Shown here piece after piece: positions 36,256 through 49,370 of a stretch of 64,000 nucleotides of DNA; position 1 is the stretch's first letter, and each line of letters opens with the position of its first letter. The stretch comes from Callorhinchus milii (Eukaryota): positions 16,058,001 through 16,122,000 of the forward strand of contig NW_024704748.1 of NCBI RefSeq assembly GCF_018977255.1. Direction: 5' to 3'. The position numbers and the translations under genes are program-made. The notes beneath the pieces were generated by a model that made no database searches, was not told where the DNA came from, and saw nothing but the letters and a program-made list of their open reading frames with translations.

Positions 36256-36947
36256 TTATCCTTCCTCCCCCACATCTGGTTCCTCACCAGCACTGCTTTC
36301 TTCCACCTTCGACGCATCGCCCGCCTCCGCCAATACTTCTCCCTAAAAGCCGCTGAAACTCTGGTCCATGCCTCTGTCACCTCCCGGTTGGACTATTCAA
36401 ACGCCCTCCTCGCCGGTCTCCCATCCACTACCATCCATAAAATCCAACTCATTCAGAACTCTGCCGCCTGCATTCTCACCCGCATGAAGCTCCGCTCCCC
36501 GATCACCCCAGTCCTTGCCAGACTGCACTGGCTCCCTATCCCAGAGAGGATCGATTTCAAGATCCTCACCCTCGTATTCAAGTCCCTGCACTCCTTTGCA
36601 CCTCCCGACCTCTCTGACCTCCTCTCTCCTCAGCATAGTACCCGTTGCCTTCGCTCCTCCAGCTCTGGCCTCCTCCTTGTCCCCCGAGTCCTCCGCTCCA
36701 CCGTCGGCAGCCGTGCCTTCAGCCACTATGCCCCGAGGCTCTGGAACTGCCTTCTTCACTCCCTTCGTCTCGCTCCCTCCCTTCCCATTTTCAGGTCTCT
36801 GCTGAAAGACCTTTCTTTTCGACCTCGTCTTTGGTCACCATCCACCCCCCTCCCCCTGGCTCGCTCCCGGGATCCGTTACTGTAAAGTGCTCTGAGATGC
36901 CATCCGGCGTGGAGGGCACTATATAAATCCAAGTTGTTGCTGTTGTT
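36256..36947 (+). mobile_element. 5'-truncated L2 LINE (ORF2 C-terminus, 3'UTR and (gtt)n tail)
   Basis: LDYSNALLAGLP...IQLIQNSAA..L...ITPVLARLHWLPI.ERIDFKIL is the characteristic L2-clade ORF2 C-terminus. Confidence 0.93.
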
Positions 36948-38689
36948 CTGAATGTCATTCAATTCAAGCTTCACATTATACTTCACAGATGGTGTGTCAC
37001 CTTCAGCCCTTCTAAAACTTGGGCTAAAATGAAGAGCAAAGAATACAATGAATAGGGAGCCTAATGTGTTTCTGCTATATCTTATAACCAACTTGACATT
37101 GCCCTGACATGTTCTTTATTCTATGTGGCTGGTGTTTAAGTACACAGTAAAGCATGAATGAATATGGAGAGTTCTATTTTTAGCTGATGCATGCTATGAT
37201 TGATCGTATTCCATGCTGTTTCTGGTTACAAGATAATGTGCTTTCTTAAACTAATTACTCATCTTAATAAACAAAATTATTGACTTGTGTTTCTTGAATA
37301 TTAAATGCTTCTGTTTCCAGGCTGGAGATCTCGGTAAGTGATGGCTCCTGTAATTTCCTGGCTGTTAGTGAATATAATGTAATTGTAGCTGTTTCTAGAT
37401 ACGCCTGTCCTCCCATTAGCACTGAGAGCCACCTTTGCATCCAAATTGTTTCTTTCTGTTCGAAATGACAGTTTTCCCACAGAGAGGTCCGATAAGAGAG
37501 ACATCAAAGACATTTCTGTTGCCGTTGGGTGAAAAATGTATAATTTACCTGTTATAATGAAAACAAAAACTTGCTAATTTTATCAAGGTACTTTGGTATC
37601 CGCATTGCATCCCGAAGAACTTTTATTTCTAACCCTTTATGTATCAAGTCCTCAGGGTTATATTTTTCTGTACATCATTTCAATGAGTGATCTTATTGTA
37701 TGGAATGAAACATTTTAACTGAATCCTTTGGGATTTATATTTGGGATCTCAAAACTTGGGATGTTAATAAAGGCTTTTTTTTTGGTAGCTGGATGCAGAA
37801 ACCCATCACCATATTTAAGAGTAACCAGACAGAGTTCCACATTTGTATTGCATTCACACAGGCCAAAAAGTAGTTTGTGATACTACTCACAGTGACGTTC
37901 ACCATGTTCTTATTTAGCGGTTCTGTATTTTAAGTATGTTTGCATATCAGCCAACTCACAACAACACACAGATGGGAAGCAGCTTCATGCACGTTTTTCA
38001 CCATGTGGGTTCACAATCTCAGCTGGATCCTCCATGCAAGAGAGCCAAGGTGAAATCCTATCTAATAGGGAGGGTTTCAGAGGGCATGTATGAGTTCTGT
38101 ACCTTCTTGTAGTGTTACAGGAACTGCCTGCTGTCTCTGCTGGGCACAGTGCATGGTGTGAAATATTCCTAATTTGGGAGTTGAGAAAAGAATAATTGCT
38201 ATTTCTGAAATTCAATACCAATTGTTGAAGCCTCGAAGACGAAAACAATTTGTATGAGTTAAAAATATCTCAATCTCCGATACAGTACATGATTTCCAGG
38301 TCAGAGCTCGGGTCCGATGCATTCTGCATTCTATTCTGATTTTGACAGAGAAGTTGTGTACTTTCTCCTTCAGCTGCAGTAACATGATTGTCAGACAGCT
38401 CAGTGCAGGTCACACAGCATTTTTCTCTAAACCTTTTTAGAAATGCTCTCTAAAAATGACATCTACAAGAGAAAAATGCAAAGCTTTCCAAAGTCAAAAC
38501 AAGGCGAGCCATGTGACAAAACTGAAGTATAAATGTAACTCCCCGAGCACTGTATTTCCCTGGTAACTCAAAATCCACATGCAGTTCGTGCTGCATCACT
38601 ACTGGGATGAATTTTGAATGCTGAGTGATAAGATTTAAACCGGAATTCCGGTGCAATGATAGAGAATTTCAAGGTCATTGTACTTGCCC

Positions 38690-39015
38690 TCACCTATAAA
38701 CCACTTCCACCTCAGTATCTCTGTCCAACATCTCCTAACCCATTCTTGTTCTCACTCCCCCAATTACCTAATTGGGCCTGCTGCTTGTTCTCTGCCCCTT
38801 TTGAGCTACTATGCCCCTAATCTCTGAAACTTCCTCTCTACCTTTCTCCCTCACTCCCTCTCTGTCTGTCTTTTAAATCGCTCCTAAAAACCTACCTCAT
38901 CATCCGTGCCTATGGTCACTTTTTTCCCTTCTCTTTGCTAGACTTCATCTTTGTAAAGCTCTCCGAAACATTGTCCTACATGAAGCGTGCAATACAAGTG
39001 CAAGTTATTGTTGCT
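38690..39015 (+). mobile_element. Old L2 3' fragment
   Basis: tttaaatcgctcctaaaaacctacctc...gtaaagctctccgaaac...caagtgcaagttattgttg. Confidence 0.7.
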
Positions 39016-39489
39016 GTAGAGTTTTTGTATGCTTATGGTATTGTTTGAAATAAAATCACATTCATCAATAAAATGCAACAAAAGTCTTTTCATGGGTTAA
39101 AAATAGACCGCAAGCACTGCAGTATTCATTGTCTGGCTTTAAAAAAACATGACATTCACTGAGGTGTCTCAGCTGCCAAATTGTCCCATCATGCAACACA
39201 TTGGTAATTTTTATTCATTATCCATCTTATCAATAAAACAATACTTTAAGCTTGCGTGCTTTGGGTTCCATATTCTCAAGTTTAAAAATGTTGCTATTCT
39301 GTATATAGCAGTTTTGAAAATGCTCCAGCTGCTATACTCCCTAAGTAGTTAGACAACAGCCAATTTATAATTTAATTAAACTATTATCATCAAGGATAAA
39401 ACGTGAAATGGCCCGAAAGTATTTTTGGTACTAAATTATTAAATATTTGCTGCTATTCCTAGCAAGTAAGATGAGTCTTCAATCATTAG

Positions 39490-40406
39490 GTAGGGTAGGA
39501 ATTAGTGAGGAAAACTGTAATCAACTGCAAGCAGACATACACAGAATGGTGGAATGGGCTGACCTGTGGCAGATGGATTTCAATGTGAATAAGTGTGAGG
39601 TGATACACTTCGGTAGGAAGAGTGATAGGAGGCAATATAGACTTGGTAGCTCAATCTTAAGGGGGGTGAACGTACAGAGAGATCTGGGTGTTCAAGGAAG
39701 CGAATCATTAAAGGTAGCGGGGCAGGTAGATAAGGCAGTAAAAAAGGCATTTGGTGTACTGAGCTTTATTAGTAGGGGCGTAGAGTATAAGAGTAGGGAG
39801 GTTATGGTTAATCTATACAAAACACTGGTTAGGCCTCAGCTGGAGTACTGCGTCCAGTTCTGGGCACCTTACTTCAGGAAGGACATTAAGGCACTGGAAA
39901 GGGTGCAGAGGAGATTCATGAGAATGATACCAGGAATGGGGAACCTTAGCTATGAGGACAGGCTGGAGAAGTTAGGACTTTTCCCATTAGAGCAGAGAAG
40001 GTTACGTGGGGACCTGATAGAGGTCTTCAAGATCATGAAAGGTTTCGACAGGCTAGATAAGGAAAAGCTGTTTCTGCTGGTAGGTGTGTCTGCGACCCGT
40101 GGTCACAGTCCTAAGATATCTACCAAAAGAAGCAAAGGGGAGGTTAGAAGAATTTTTTTCACTCAGCGAGTTGTTCGAATTTGGAATGATCTGCCTGAAA
40201 GGGTAGTGAAGTCTGATTCGATAACAGCTTTTAAGAGAGAACTGGACAGGTATCTGGGGAAGACTGGTTTGCAGGGTTATGGGAAGAAAGCTGGTGATTA
40301 GGGTTAGTGAAAGTGACTTACTCTGTCAAAGAGTCGGCACAGACTCGATGGGTCGAATGGCCTCCTTCTGTGCCATAACATTCTATGAATCTATGAATCT
40401 ATGAAT
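39490..40406 (+). mobile_element. 5'-truncated CR1 LINE with an uninterrupted ORF2 C-terminus
   Basis: WADLWQMDFNVNKCEVIHFG...[19 protein letters not shown]...[16 protein letters not shown]...FFTQRVVRIWNDLP, stop at 40299-40301, octamer tail (tctatgaa)x3. Confidence 0.96.
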
Positions 40407-41844
40407 TACTTACTAAAGTCCTTGTGTACAGGATTTTTGAAAAAATCTTTCATTTCCATGCTGTGAATATGAATGCAAGTTGTTGTATGGGAGTTTCCCC
40501 ATCATTCTGCTCAAGGTGTGTTCTATCTGTAACTTGCAGTGATGTACAACAATGCTAGATACTTCCCAAGTTGGAGGAAAAAATAGAGATATGAATTATT
40601 CTGTGCATTTCTCACACGCCTCCTAATGCTGAGTGCGTCACTCAAAAAAAAACACCCATTGTGATCTATTTATACTTGCAATTTACTATTGACCACACTT
40701 GTAAAGTCAATGACAAATCTATAAATGAGACCCTCCCTGCTGGCTTTATAGGTGAAGACATTTTCATAGGTGGAGGCATGCTCAGTGTATTAATGAAACA
40801 TACAAGTCACAGGTCCAAAATGACCATCTGTGGGAAGAAGGTCATTTGACAGCAGGTAACAGACAGTGATCCTCAGACTTCAAACTGACAGTAAGAAGAG
40901 GCAAAGGTCAATACTCGGGTTGTGTGTCTCGGATTTCAATAAACATGTCATTGGGAGCAATGTCCGATAGTACCTGGCCCTGCAAGTCTACTTTTTTTGC
41001 TACCATTGACAGATTTTGGAGGAGTAATTTTACTAGTAACAAAACAATGTCTGTTTAAATCCTGTAAAGATGTATCAATAGGGTGGTAAGCTATGATTTT
41101 CAATTAGTGATCAAATTGGTTTGAATAGATTAATCTAAAATGCAAACATCCACTTTATTTATAGTAGATTGTGAGGAACAACTGCTAAAAGTGGAGTTCA
41201 AATGATGTTATAAACAAATTAATGTAGCTCTTTAATTAATGTAGCTTTGTCGGAAAGGTTGTTATAAGGATGAACTGTAATACAGCATTAATCAGTTTTT
41301 AATGTAGCTTAATGCATTTTTTGCTTTAATCAACAAAATATTAGATTGAAATTAAATAGACTGTTAAACGGCAATTAGGTTAGTTAATTCATCGAAACAT
41401 GAAGGTAACAGATGCACTTTTTAAATGACATATTGAAAGTTCAATGATGGTCTATGTATTAATGGCAGCTTTGAGAGTTAAGTGTCTATGATAACGATAC
41501 ATTGATACAGTGTTTGTGTTGATAACAGTGCAGTATTATAATGTGAAGTGTTTACCTACTGATTGAATACTTAATTGACAAGCAGGAGACAATCTATCCT
41601 TGGCTTCTGAACTTAGTACAGTCCAAAATCAAGAAGTTCCTCACAAGGAATTATAATTAAAGTTGCCCTGCAAGACGAGCTAGGATGTAACCCATGTATC
41701 ATATTTATAATAGGAACACAAACTGTATCTCTTCTTTCTGTAATAATACTATGATTGTCTTGAAGTTTATTTGCTATAGGTAGTTGTCCAATTTAGAAAT
41801 GCTGTATAAATCATGATGTGAACATTTTGGATGACACAGTAAAC

Positions 41845-42095
41845 CAAGGTCTCATCTGCCTAAGCAGATAGATGTTAAAAATTCCATGACACTATTAGAA
41901 AAGTGAAGGGAATTTCTTCCAAGGACCTGACCAGCAATCATCCAAATTAATTGGTCATTCTGATGACTGTTTGAGGAACTGTGCTGGTGTAAATGGCTGT
42001 ATTATTTGCTTATGAATACAGACACTATACTTGACAATAGCTACTTTACTTCTGAAGCAAACAGAGATGATTCAATGTGATGAGGTGCTATAAAA
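41845..42095 (+). mobile_element. Decayed DeuSINE fragment (family B)
   Basis: aaaccaaggtctcatctgcc...gatgttaaaaattccatgacactatt...ggtgctataaaa. Confidence 0.6.
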
Positions 42096-43130
42096 TAAAA
42101 AATATTTTCTCCCTCATACGATATGTGTTGCTTTGAGTGGCAATGTGAGTTTCAAGTGTTTGTCAGTACATGATGAGACTTATCTATTTGTTAGTCATCC
42201 CATTATTTTTTTCTTTCACATAACAAAATATGAATTAGTGTCTGAGGAAATAGCACTATATTTTCATTGAAGACAGCATTATTATAACTGCTTGAAAAGC
42301 TTTTCAGTGTTAACGTTTTTGAGTTTTTAATAGATCTAATAAATTCAGATCAGAAAGAAATGTGGGACAGCCTGACATATTAGAAATACCTCAAAATGTT
42401 CATGCAAAGTGCACAGTATGCTCTCGGAAGCAATGCCTGATAATAATTTTAGGCAGAAATCTGATAATAAGGGTTGCACTCACTCAATTCATGTTTCAGC
42501 AAATAATGTTCCATTTTCACATATCAAGTGATCCATAATTACAACACAGTCTGTCTGGTGTTCATGATGTGTTTGCCAAAGTATCTGTGAAATAGGTTAT
42601 TGTTAAGAAATAAAACAGATTTCAAGGTATTTTTTCAGTCACACTGCAACAGAAAACTGATATGAAGATAATTTTAATTGACTGCCAGTTGATTTTTTCC
42701 CCGTCAACAGTGATAGCGTGCTTTATTGATTGTCCTGAGGAATGTTCCTCAGCAAATGCTTTCAGACTGCATTACCAATGATGTATGGTTCAAGTTAACA
42801 AGTTAACATTCTTTGTTGGTAAACGGGGGGGAAAAACATTATTTTTTATGTCAGAAATTGTGGATAACCTTGGAATATCAAATGTAATAATACTGACTTG
42901 CAAATTTAGATAGTTATGCTTCTGAGTTTCACAATCATCCATGCATTTGATGTGGAGCTGTATCACGTTGTCGAGACATCTCAAAGCGCTTCACAGGATA
43001 TACTTTAAAACACAGTGTAAATGTATTTTATGAATGAAATTTTATAGTATTTTATGTAGATACGATTGCATTTGGAACCAATTGTGATGTATCTCGATCC
43101 ATTGCAATCTCGATCACATGATATATTTGA

Positions 43131-43672
43131 CTACAACAACAACTTGTACTTGTATAGGGCCATCCACGCAGGATAGACTCTCAGAGTGCTTAACAATGGC
43201 AGAGCCTGACTCCGAGCCGGGATTAGGGGGAGGTGGCCGTAAGCACGATCAAAGAGGAAGGTTTTCAGGCAGGACTTGAAAAAGGGGATAAATGGGCAAG
43301 GTGGAGGGATTGAGGGAGAGTGTTCCCGAGTTTTGGGACACAGTGGCTGAAAGGGCGACCTGCGATGGTGTGGCGGTAGGGTGCAAGGCACGAGCATGCG
43401 CCCGGTGCCAGTCGAGCGGAGGCGCCGGGCGGTGGATTGGGGAATGAGGAGGTTGTAGAAGTAGGGAGGTGCCAGAGGTTGAAGAGATTTAAACATGAGT
43501 GTGAGGATCTTGAAATCGATCTGTTCGTCGATTGGGAGCCAATGGAGCCTGGCCAGGACTGGTGAGATGTGGGTACGGAGTTTGGTCTGACTAAGTATGT
43601 GGGTGGCAGAGTTCTGAATGAGCTGGATCTTTTGAATAGTGGAGCTGGGGAGACTGGCGAGGAGTGTGTTTG
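43131..43672 (-). mobile_element. 5'-truncated L2 LINE
   Basis: Minus-strand LARLHWLP..QIDFKILTLMFKSL...FKSCLKTFLFDRAY plus a (caa)n tail. Confidence 0.9.
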
Positions 43673-43689
43673 TCCTTATTTGATCTCAA

Positions 43690-44170
43690 TCCTTTATACC
43701 ATGCGTACCATCATAGTATCCATCCAGCTGTTTTTTTTAAAATGAATCTCGTGGTATAGTTTGAGACTTTTCCTTCAAATTCATTGGAACCATTGATCAT
43801 CATCAGTGTAAAGAAATACTCTCTGATGCCTGTCCTAAATGTTCCCTTTTATAAACTTAAATCTGGCCTCTCTTGTCCTGCTGCCTCGGCACATCTAGAA
43901 GTTTTGTTCTGGGTTTACTTTTGCTATCCCATTAACCAATTTAAAACACCATTCCTGAGCTGTCTGATTTATTCATTTACTCGCAGCTTGTCCTACTAAC
44001 ATTGGCTCTGTCTGGTTGAAGTGCTCTGCATTGCTTTTAAGATCTCAATGATCCCCTTATCTTGCAACAGCACAGTTCTATAGGCTAGGCTTGATTAGAG
44101 CACTGTTCAGTTTCAGCATGACTTGTGATAAGGATTAATATGCCATTGTTCTGAACACCAAAGTCCTTTG
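43690..44170 (-). mobile_element. Old CR1 fragment
   Basis: gtgtaaagaaatactctctgatgcctgtcctaaat...gctctgcattgctttt resembles a decayed CR1 ORF2 3' region. Confidence 0.5.
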
Positions 44171-45019
44171 GTACTTGTTTTTAACAATTATCTGCATGGA
44201 ATATTTAAAATTATCCTTAATCATAATATTATTTCATAATATCATAATATTATTAAAATTATCCTTGCATTTGATATAGTGCTATATATAAATTTGAGAA
44301 CAATTTGGAATAAGGATGGCGGCGTTAAAACATTATTTGTTAAAGCACTTAGATTCCAAATATTATTTATGGTAAAAGCGTAGTTTCCTGTTTTAATACA
44401 TAATAGATCTTCACTTGTGTGTGTTGCCTCAAAATTGGATCTTGTAGAGAAGACAGCTACAATATTAATCTTACTCCTAGTGATCAGTACACATTTTAAA
44501 TGTATATTTCAGCTTTCAATATTATCCTGAATTAAAATGGTTCAATAGCTTAAAAAAGTACAGATTTAAGTCATGATAAGCTACATTTTTGCTCAGACAG
44601 AACTATTGGCTGAATCTTTTTTTATTGATCTGTACACATGCTGTTTATTCATTCATGATTGTCATTGATTTTTCAGGCATTTCTTTTTCAAGAATGTTGC
44701 TCCAGAAATCCATATTTAATTCATTCAAAGGGTCAGGTTTCAATTATTAGTCAGTGCTTGAGGCAAAATGCCGTTACACTTCATTTTATTTTATTTGAAT
44801 TTTAAATCTGGAGACCGAGTGAATCTAAAATGGTAGAAAGATGAAAGATCAATACCAGGGCCACTTCCTCTATGAAATTGTTACAATGCTCTAAGCTAAC
44901 CAGAGCCATTTGCCATGTCTTGGGAGAATGCTACATTCTGATTGCTGTGTAATGAATGGTCAGGGAGAAGATAACCGATAATTTCACTTCACCTGTTGTC
45001 CCAGTGAATAAAAACACAG

Positions 45020-45190
45020 TGTGGTGTAGCATTAAGATCAGAAGGATACAGGTTTGATTTGTGGTCTATGCTGAGTTAGCTGATGTCAACCATAACAACA
45101 GTTTGGACACTATATTTGGCCCCTGCAAACCAAGATTAGGAAAGGAGAATATTAATCAAGACCTGTTTTCCTGATCGTAATCTAGTGATG
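45020..45190 (+). mobile_element. Ancient SINE family C, 5' part
   Basis: B-box-like caggtttgatt followed by ggtctatgctgagttagctgat...ttcctgatcgtaatctagtga. Confidence 0.5.
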
Positions 45191-46651
45191 TATATTACTC
45201 TTGGTGAGACTAGTATTTCTTATAAACAAATGCACTAGTAATGATTCACAGTACCTTCTGTCTGGATATTCAGTACGGTTATACTGTGTGTGTGAAATAT
45301 GGGAAAACTGTACTTTTTCTCATATATCATCCATAATTTCTGCAGGAAGTCCTCAGTGGTATATGACTCCTCACCTAGTACAACTCTTACACATGCATGA
45401 GGGTGAAAAGGTTGTGGCCTTCATAGGTGCTTTTTGTTGAACCTGCACTTCCTTCCAACTGCCAAAAAATGACAGAATACATGTGGTGATGTACACCTCT
45501 GAAGTGTCCTGTATATCACCACTTGCATTGTCATCTTCTTCCTCGTCCTCTTTTCTACTATGGGGGCTGATGTTTCATTCTTACCACTTTGCTATACATT
45601 GGGTCATTTATAAGTACGAATTAAATCTTTGGTTTACTGCACAGCTTTTGTATTAGAATAAGGTACCATTACTGTTTGCAGCTGTTTACCCCTTTTGCAT
45701 CAAAATTGGTATTTTAAAGGTCTGATAAAGGAGATGATCAAAGTTGTCATTATGAGATTTTAATACAACCATGCTTTTTATTATGTTACTGATTTTGTAG
45801 GAATATGAAATACACCTATCCTAGAGTTTAGCAAGATTTGCTTCAAGGTAGCTGTAGGAATTTCTTTTTTCTAAGGTATAGAAGGCAACGACAAGATAAA
45901 ATATTTTGCTCCAGGATTTGAACAAGCTAGATTTGTGGGACTAGTTTAAACCTCTATCGCTTCCAGTGTTTTAAACTGAACAAACAAACTCTCTTTGACC
46001 TGTATGCCAAGTTATATGAGGATTTATAATGTCAGGCTGCCAGGAATTTTGCATTGGTCGTACTATTTAAAGGTATTCACAAGAACAGCAGTAGTCACCT
46101 TCTATACCATTGGCTAGGTTTAGGCATAGGCTGAAAGCCCCAAAGGAATCAGTCGGTATTTGATGACAAAATATCTTTACCGAATTGCTGTTTTTCCTTC
46201 AGATTGACTTACAAGAACATGGGACATGTTCTCACACTTTGTTGTAATTGTAGTTTTGGAAGTTGAATTGATAATAAACGGTTCCAATAATATGATCACT
46301 GAAGCATTGATTGTCTCATTTCAACTTTGCTTATTTTATCGGTTGCATTACCTTTTCTCCAACTCATTTCCTCCACTGTGTCATGAGCACTTGCTTTTTG
46401 AATAAACAGTGAACTTCTTAAAACACAGAGTTTATCACAATTTTTGTATTTTGAATTATTTGATTTTCATTAATTGTCTTGGCTTGTGGCTGGTACCAGA
46501 GTTTAGCAAGCACATTGTCCTCCACATCTGGGTTTAAATCCAACTATTTTAATGGATTGCTTGTCTCCTTCTGATGCTCAAACACAAAATATTTATTCTG
46601 GATGTGAAACTGCCTAAACCCGATACAACTATTAGTAGTGGGAATGCCATT

Positions 46652-46968
46652 GTGGAGTCCTGTAGTTCAGTGGTTGGAGTACTCGCTTTGCAAGTGAGAG
46701 ACCTGAGTTCAATTCCAGGCAGAGCGAAACCTTGGGCAAGTTTCCTTACTCCATACACCTAATAATAATCCCTCCAAAAACAAAACAATAATAAATTGGT
46801 TATTTTCAATCCATGACTGTTTGTGGGACATTGCTGTGCGCAATTGGCTGCCGCGTTCGCCCACAAATATACAGTCAATTCACTTTACAGTATATTCTAT
46901 GAAGCGCTTTGGGACGTCTAGAAGACGTGAAAAGCGCTATATCAAATGCAAGGATTATTATTATTATT
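46652..46968 (+). mobile_element. Family A SINE, short subfamily, full length
   Basis: Colinear with 6905-7225. Confidence 0.93.
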
Positions 46969-47360
46969 CGGTGAGCAGACAGAAAATGTAAAAATTCTCA
47001 CTGTTGGAAAATAGAAAGTTGCAATATTCAGCCTCAACTCTCAGTATCCTGCTGCTTATTGCTTACAGTTAGGGTGCTGTGAGGTGAGCTGGAGGATAGA
47101 AAGGTCATGTTTCAGCACCTCAACCATAGATGTACAAAAATAATTGCTCTAACAGAAGCCCAGATAAGGTACAATATTGTAAATTATATCCTAGTAGTTA
47201 CTTTTTTTTCAAAACATACAATACTGGGAAAGGTTTTTTTTAGGACAAATATTCCAAGATGAGATGTTGTCTGAGATACTATTATACATGTTAAGCAAAA
47301 ATAGGACACTGGTTCATCTTAATTCTTCTGTTTTTAATTATTAATTTTATCTGATGATAC

Positions 47361-47562
47361 TACAACAACAACTTGCACTTATATACGCCCTCCAGGCAGG
47401 GTAGCATCTCAAAGCGCTTAACAGAGGTGGAGTCTGACTCGGAGCTGGGGGGATGAGAGAAGGTGACCGTAAGCACAGTCGAAAAGGAAGATTTTCAGGA
47501 GGGACTTGAATAAGGGGAGAGTGGGGGAAAGACGGAGGGATTGAATGAGAAGGTTCCAGAGT
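47361..47562 (-). mobile_element. L2 3' fragment
   Basis: Colinear with 43131-43330. Confidence 0.8.
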
Positions 47563-48519
47563 TACTAAACCAAAATACTAAACCTTGCATTACTAAAGCA
47601 AAATGCAAAAATAAATGCATTATGCACAATCACAACAATTGAAGCCAATTGTCTGTGCTATATCAAATGCAAGACCATTATTATTGCACTTCGTATTTGG
47701 AACACTCTCACATATTGGTTTGTAAAGTAGACATGGGCACAAAATCCAGCCTGTCACAATTATGTTAAATCTGCTGCCACACGTAAACAGAGAATATTAA
47801 AATTAGAGAAGTTATGATTAAAAGCTTACTTAGGATTACTGCACAAAAATAATTATAGAATGCTTACCGGTTTTATCTTCAGAGAATGCAATTAAAAACA
47901 CAATGAATTAATCTAAAACTGTAACGAAGGGCAGGCACAGTGCATATTAGAAAATGAGTGAGATTTATAATTGTTCCTTTGTTTAGTTCTTTATAAATGA
48001 TTTTTCCCCCAAAATAATTTTTTTGCAAACAAAAAAGAAAAAAGTAAATTTGTAATATCAAAAGTTTCAGACTTCAGATAATGCAAAATGTTTGAAAATA
48101 TAAAACGTTTGTAAAGAAAATATACAAACATTTCTGCTCCCAAATTTCTGAAATCTCCATTATCATATCTGCAACTCATGTACTGGCTGTGCTTAAGGGA
48201 AAAGTAAAGTTTAATGAAGAGAAGAAATCTTTTCAAATGTGAATTGCTCGTCTGAAATACACATCCCCATAATCATTTTTAGGTCTCGTAAGTTCAAAGA
48301 ACTCATTCCCTTTAGATCCCTCCTGGTAATGATGCTAGGCAAGAACAGTACAGAAACTGGAGTGAGACAACAAGCAATAAAATATAACATCTAGCTAAAC
48401 CAGCAATTTGAAGAATACAGATCTAGCTAAAAATCTATACAATATTGAGCGAGGTACAAATCTACAGAATATTGAATGTGATGGAATCTGTAGAGCATCA
48501 AGTTAGATAGTTGAAACCA

Positions 48520-48579
48520 GCGCCTTGGAACGTCCTCCTGACGTGAAACGCGCTATGGAAATGTAATTTGTTGTTGTTG
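48520..48579 (+). mobile_element. L2-type tail fragment ending in (ttg)n
   Basis: gtcctcctgacgtgaaacgcgctatggaaatgtaatttgttgttg, with a reverse-orientation partner at 62948-63002. Confidence 0.6.
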
Positions 48580-48759
48580 GGCTATGTTTAATCTGTCATG
48601 GGGAAATGCATTGGTTTTCAGCCGCTTGCGTCCATCTAGAATCTTTGAAATGCTACTGCTCAAGACCCTGAGCTCAATGATGTGTTTTAAATGACGGATG
48701 TTTTTATTGTCCTTCCTGGTGAACATTACCATTAAGTACTGATGTTATATATTTACTAT

Positions 48760-49200
48760 CTCCTGCTCATCCATGTTTCCATCACCTCTAGGGTTTTAAT
48801 ATCGTCCCTGAAGACGCTTACTGTTACAATATTGGAAGAATGTTTTGCATTATGTTTCCCATCTGCTGCTAAGTCTGTTTCCAGTACTCTCTTGGTTTGC
48901 TTGATTTCTTTTAGCACTCTCCTTCTGTATATTCCTCTCAATGACTGGTTTCTCCCTTCTCTCTATGACCTATGTAAATTGTTTCCTTAATCTCACTTTT
49001 AATATTCATGCTGATCCATTAAACCATGATTGATTTGTGAATGTTCAGACTGTGGTCTGCTTTTCTGGAGCTCTCAGTCATTTTTTTGTTTCTAGCTTTC
49101 TGTGCTCCATCATAAATACACTTTTTCATCCTTATAACGCATCTCAAGAATACATCTATATTCTGCAGCATTTCAGACTCTGATCCAGGTGTCCCTGAAG
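48760..49200 (-). mobile_element. Decayed CR1 ORF2 internal fragment
   Basis: WISMNIKSEIK...EEY..RRVLKEIKQTKRVLETDLAADGKHNAK matches the CR1 endonuclease-RT linker pattern (PW.N.EI...IRKAKR.YE..LA..IK.NPK). Confidence 0.55.
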
Positions 49201-49310
49201 CTGTTTTGCCAACCACTGAAATAAAAAAAATCCTGCATCTCTGAGTGCAATGTTACAATGTTACTGTCTGAGTTGATAAACACATGATTTAGTTGATATT
49301 ACCGCTAGTT

Positions 49311-49370
49311 TATTACACATTAGACCATGTGATACACAGACATATTACACATGAGACCATGTGATACACA
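49311..49370. repeat. Tandem duplication, 32-bp period
   Basis: tattacacat(t/g)agaccatgtgatacaca occurs at 49311 and 49343. Confidence 0.9.

Noticed and set aside
36388-36926. Cluster of overlapping ORFs
   Set aside because: All derive from one GC-rich L2 fragment.
39447-40301. 284-aa ORF as a host or domesticated gene
   Set aside because: It is a 5'-truncated CR1 ORF2 with its 3'UTR and tail; the start lies in flanking DNA.
44205-44270. Short repeated units (tcataatat, ttaaaattatcctt) as an array
   Set aside because: Slippage at an AT-rich SINE tail with no spacer structure; CRISPR is not expected in this genome.
49019-49216. Minus-strand exon with a good acceptor
   Set aside because: The translation continues into decayed CR1 ORF2 linker sequence.
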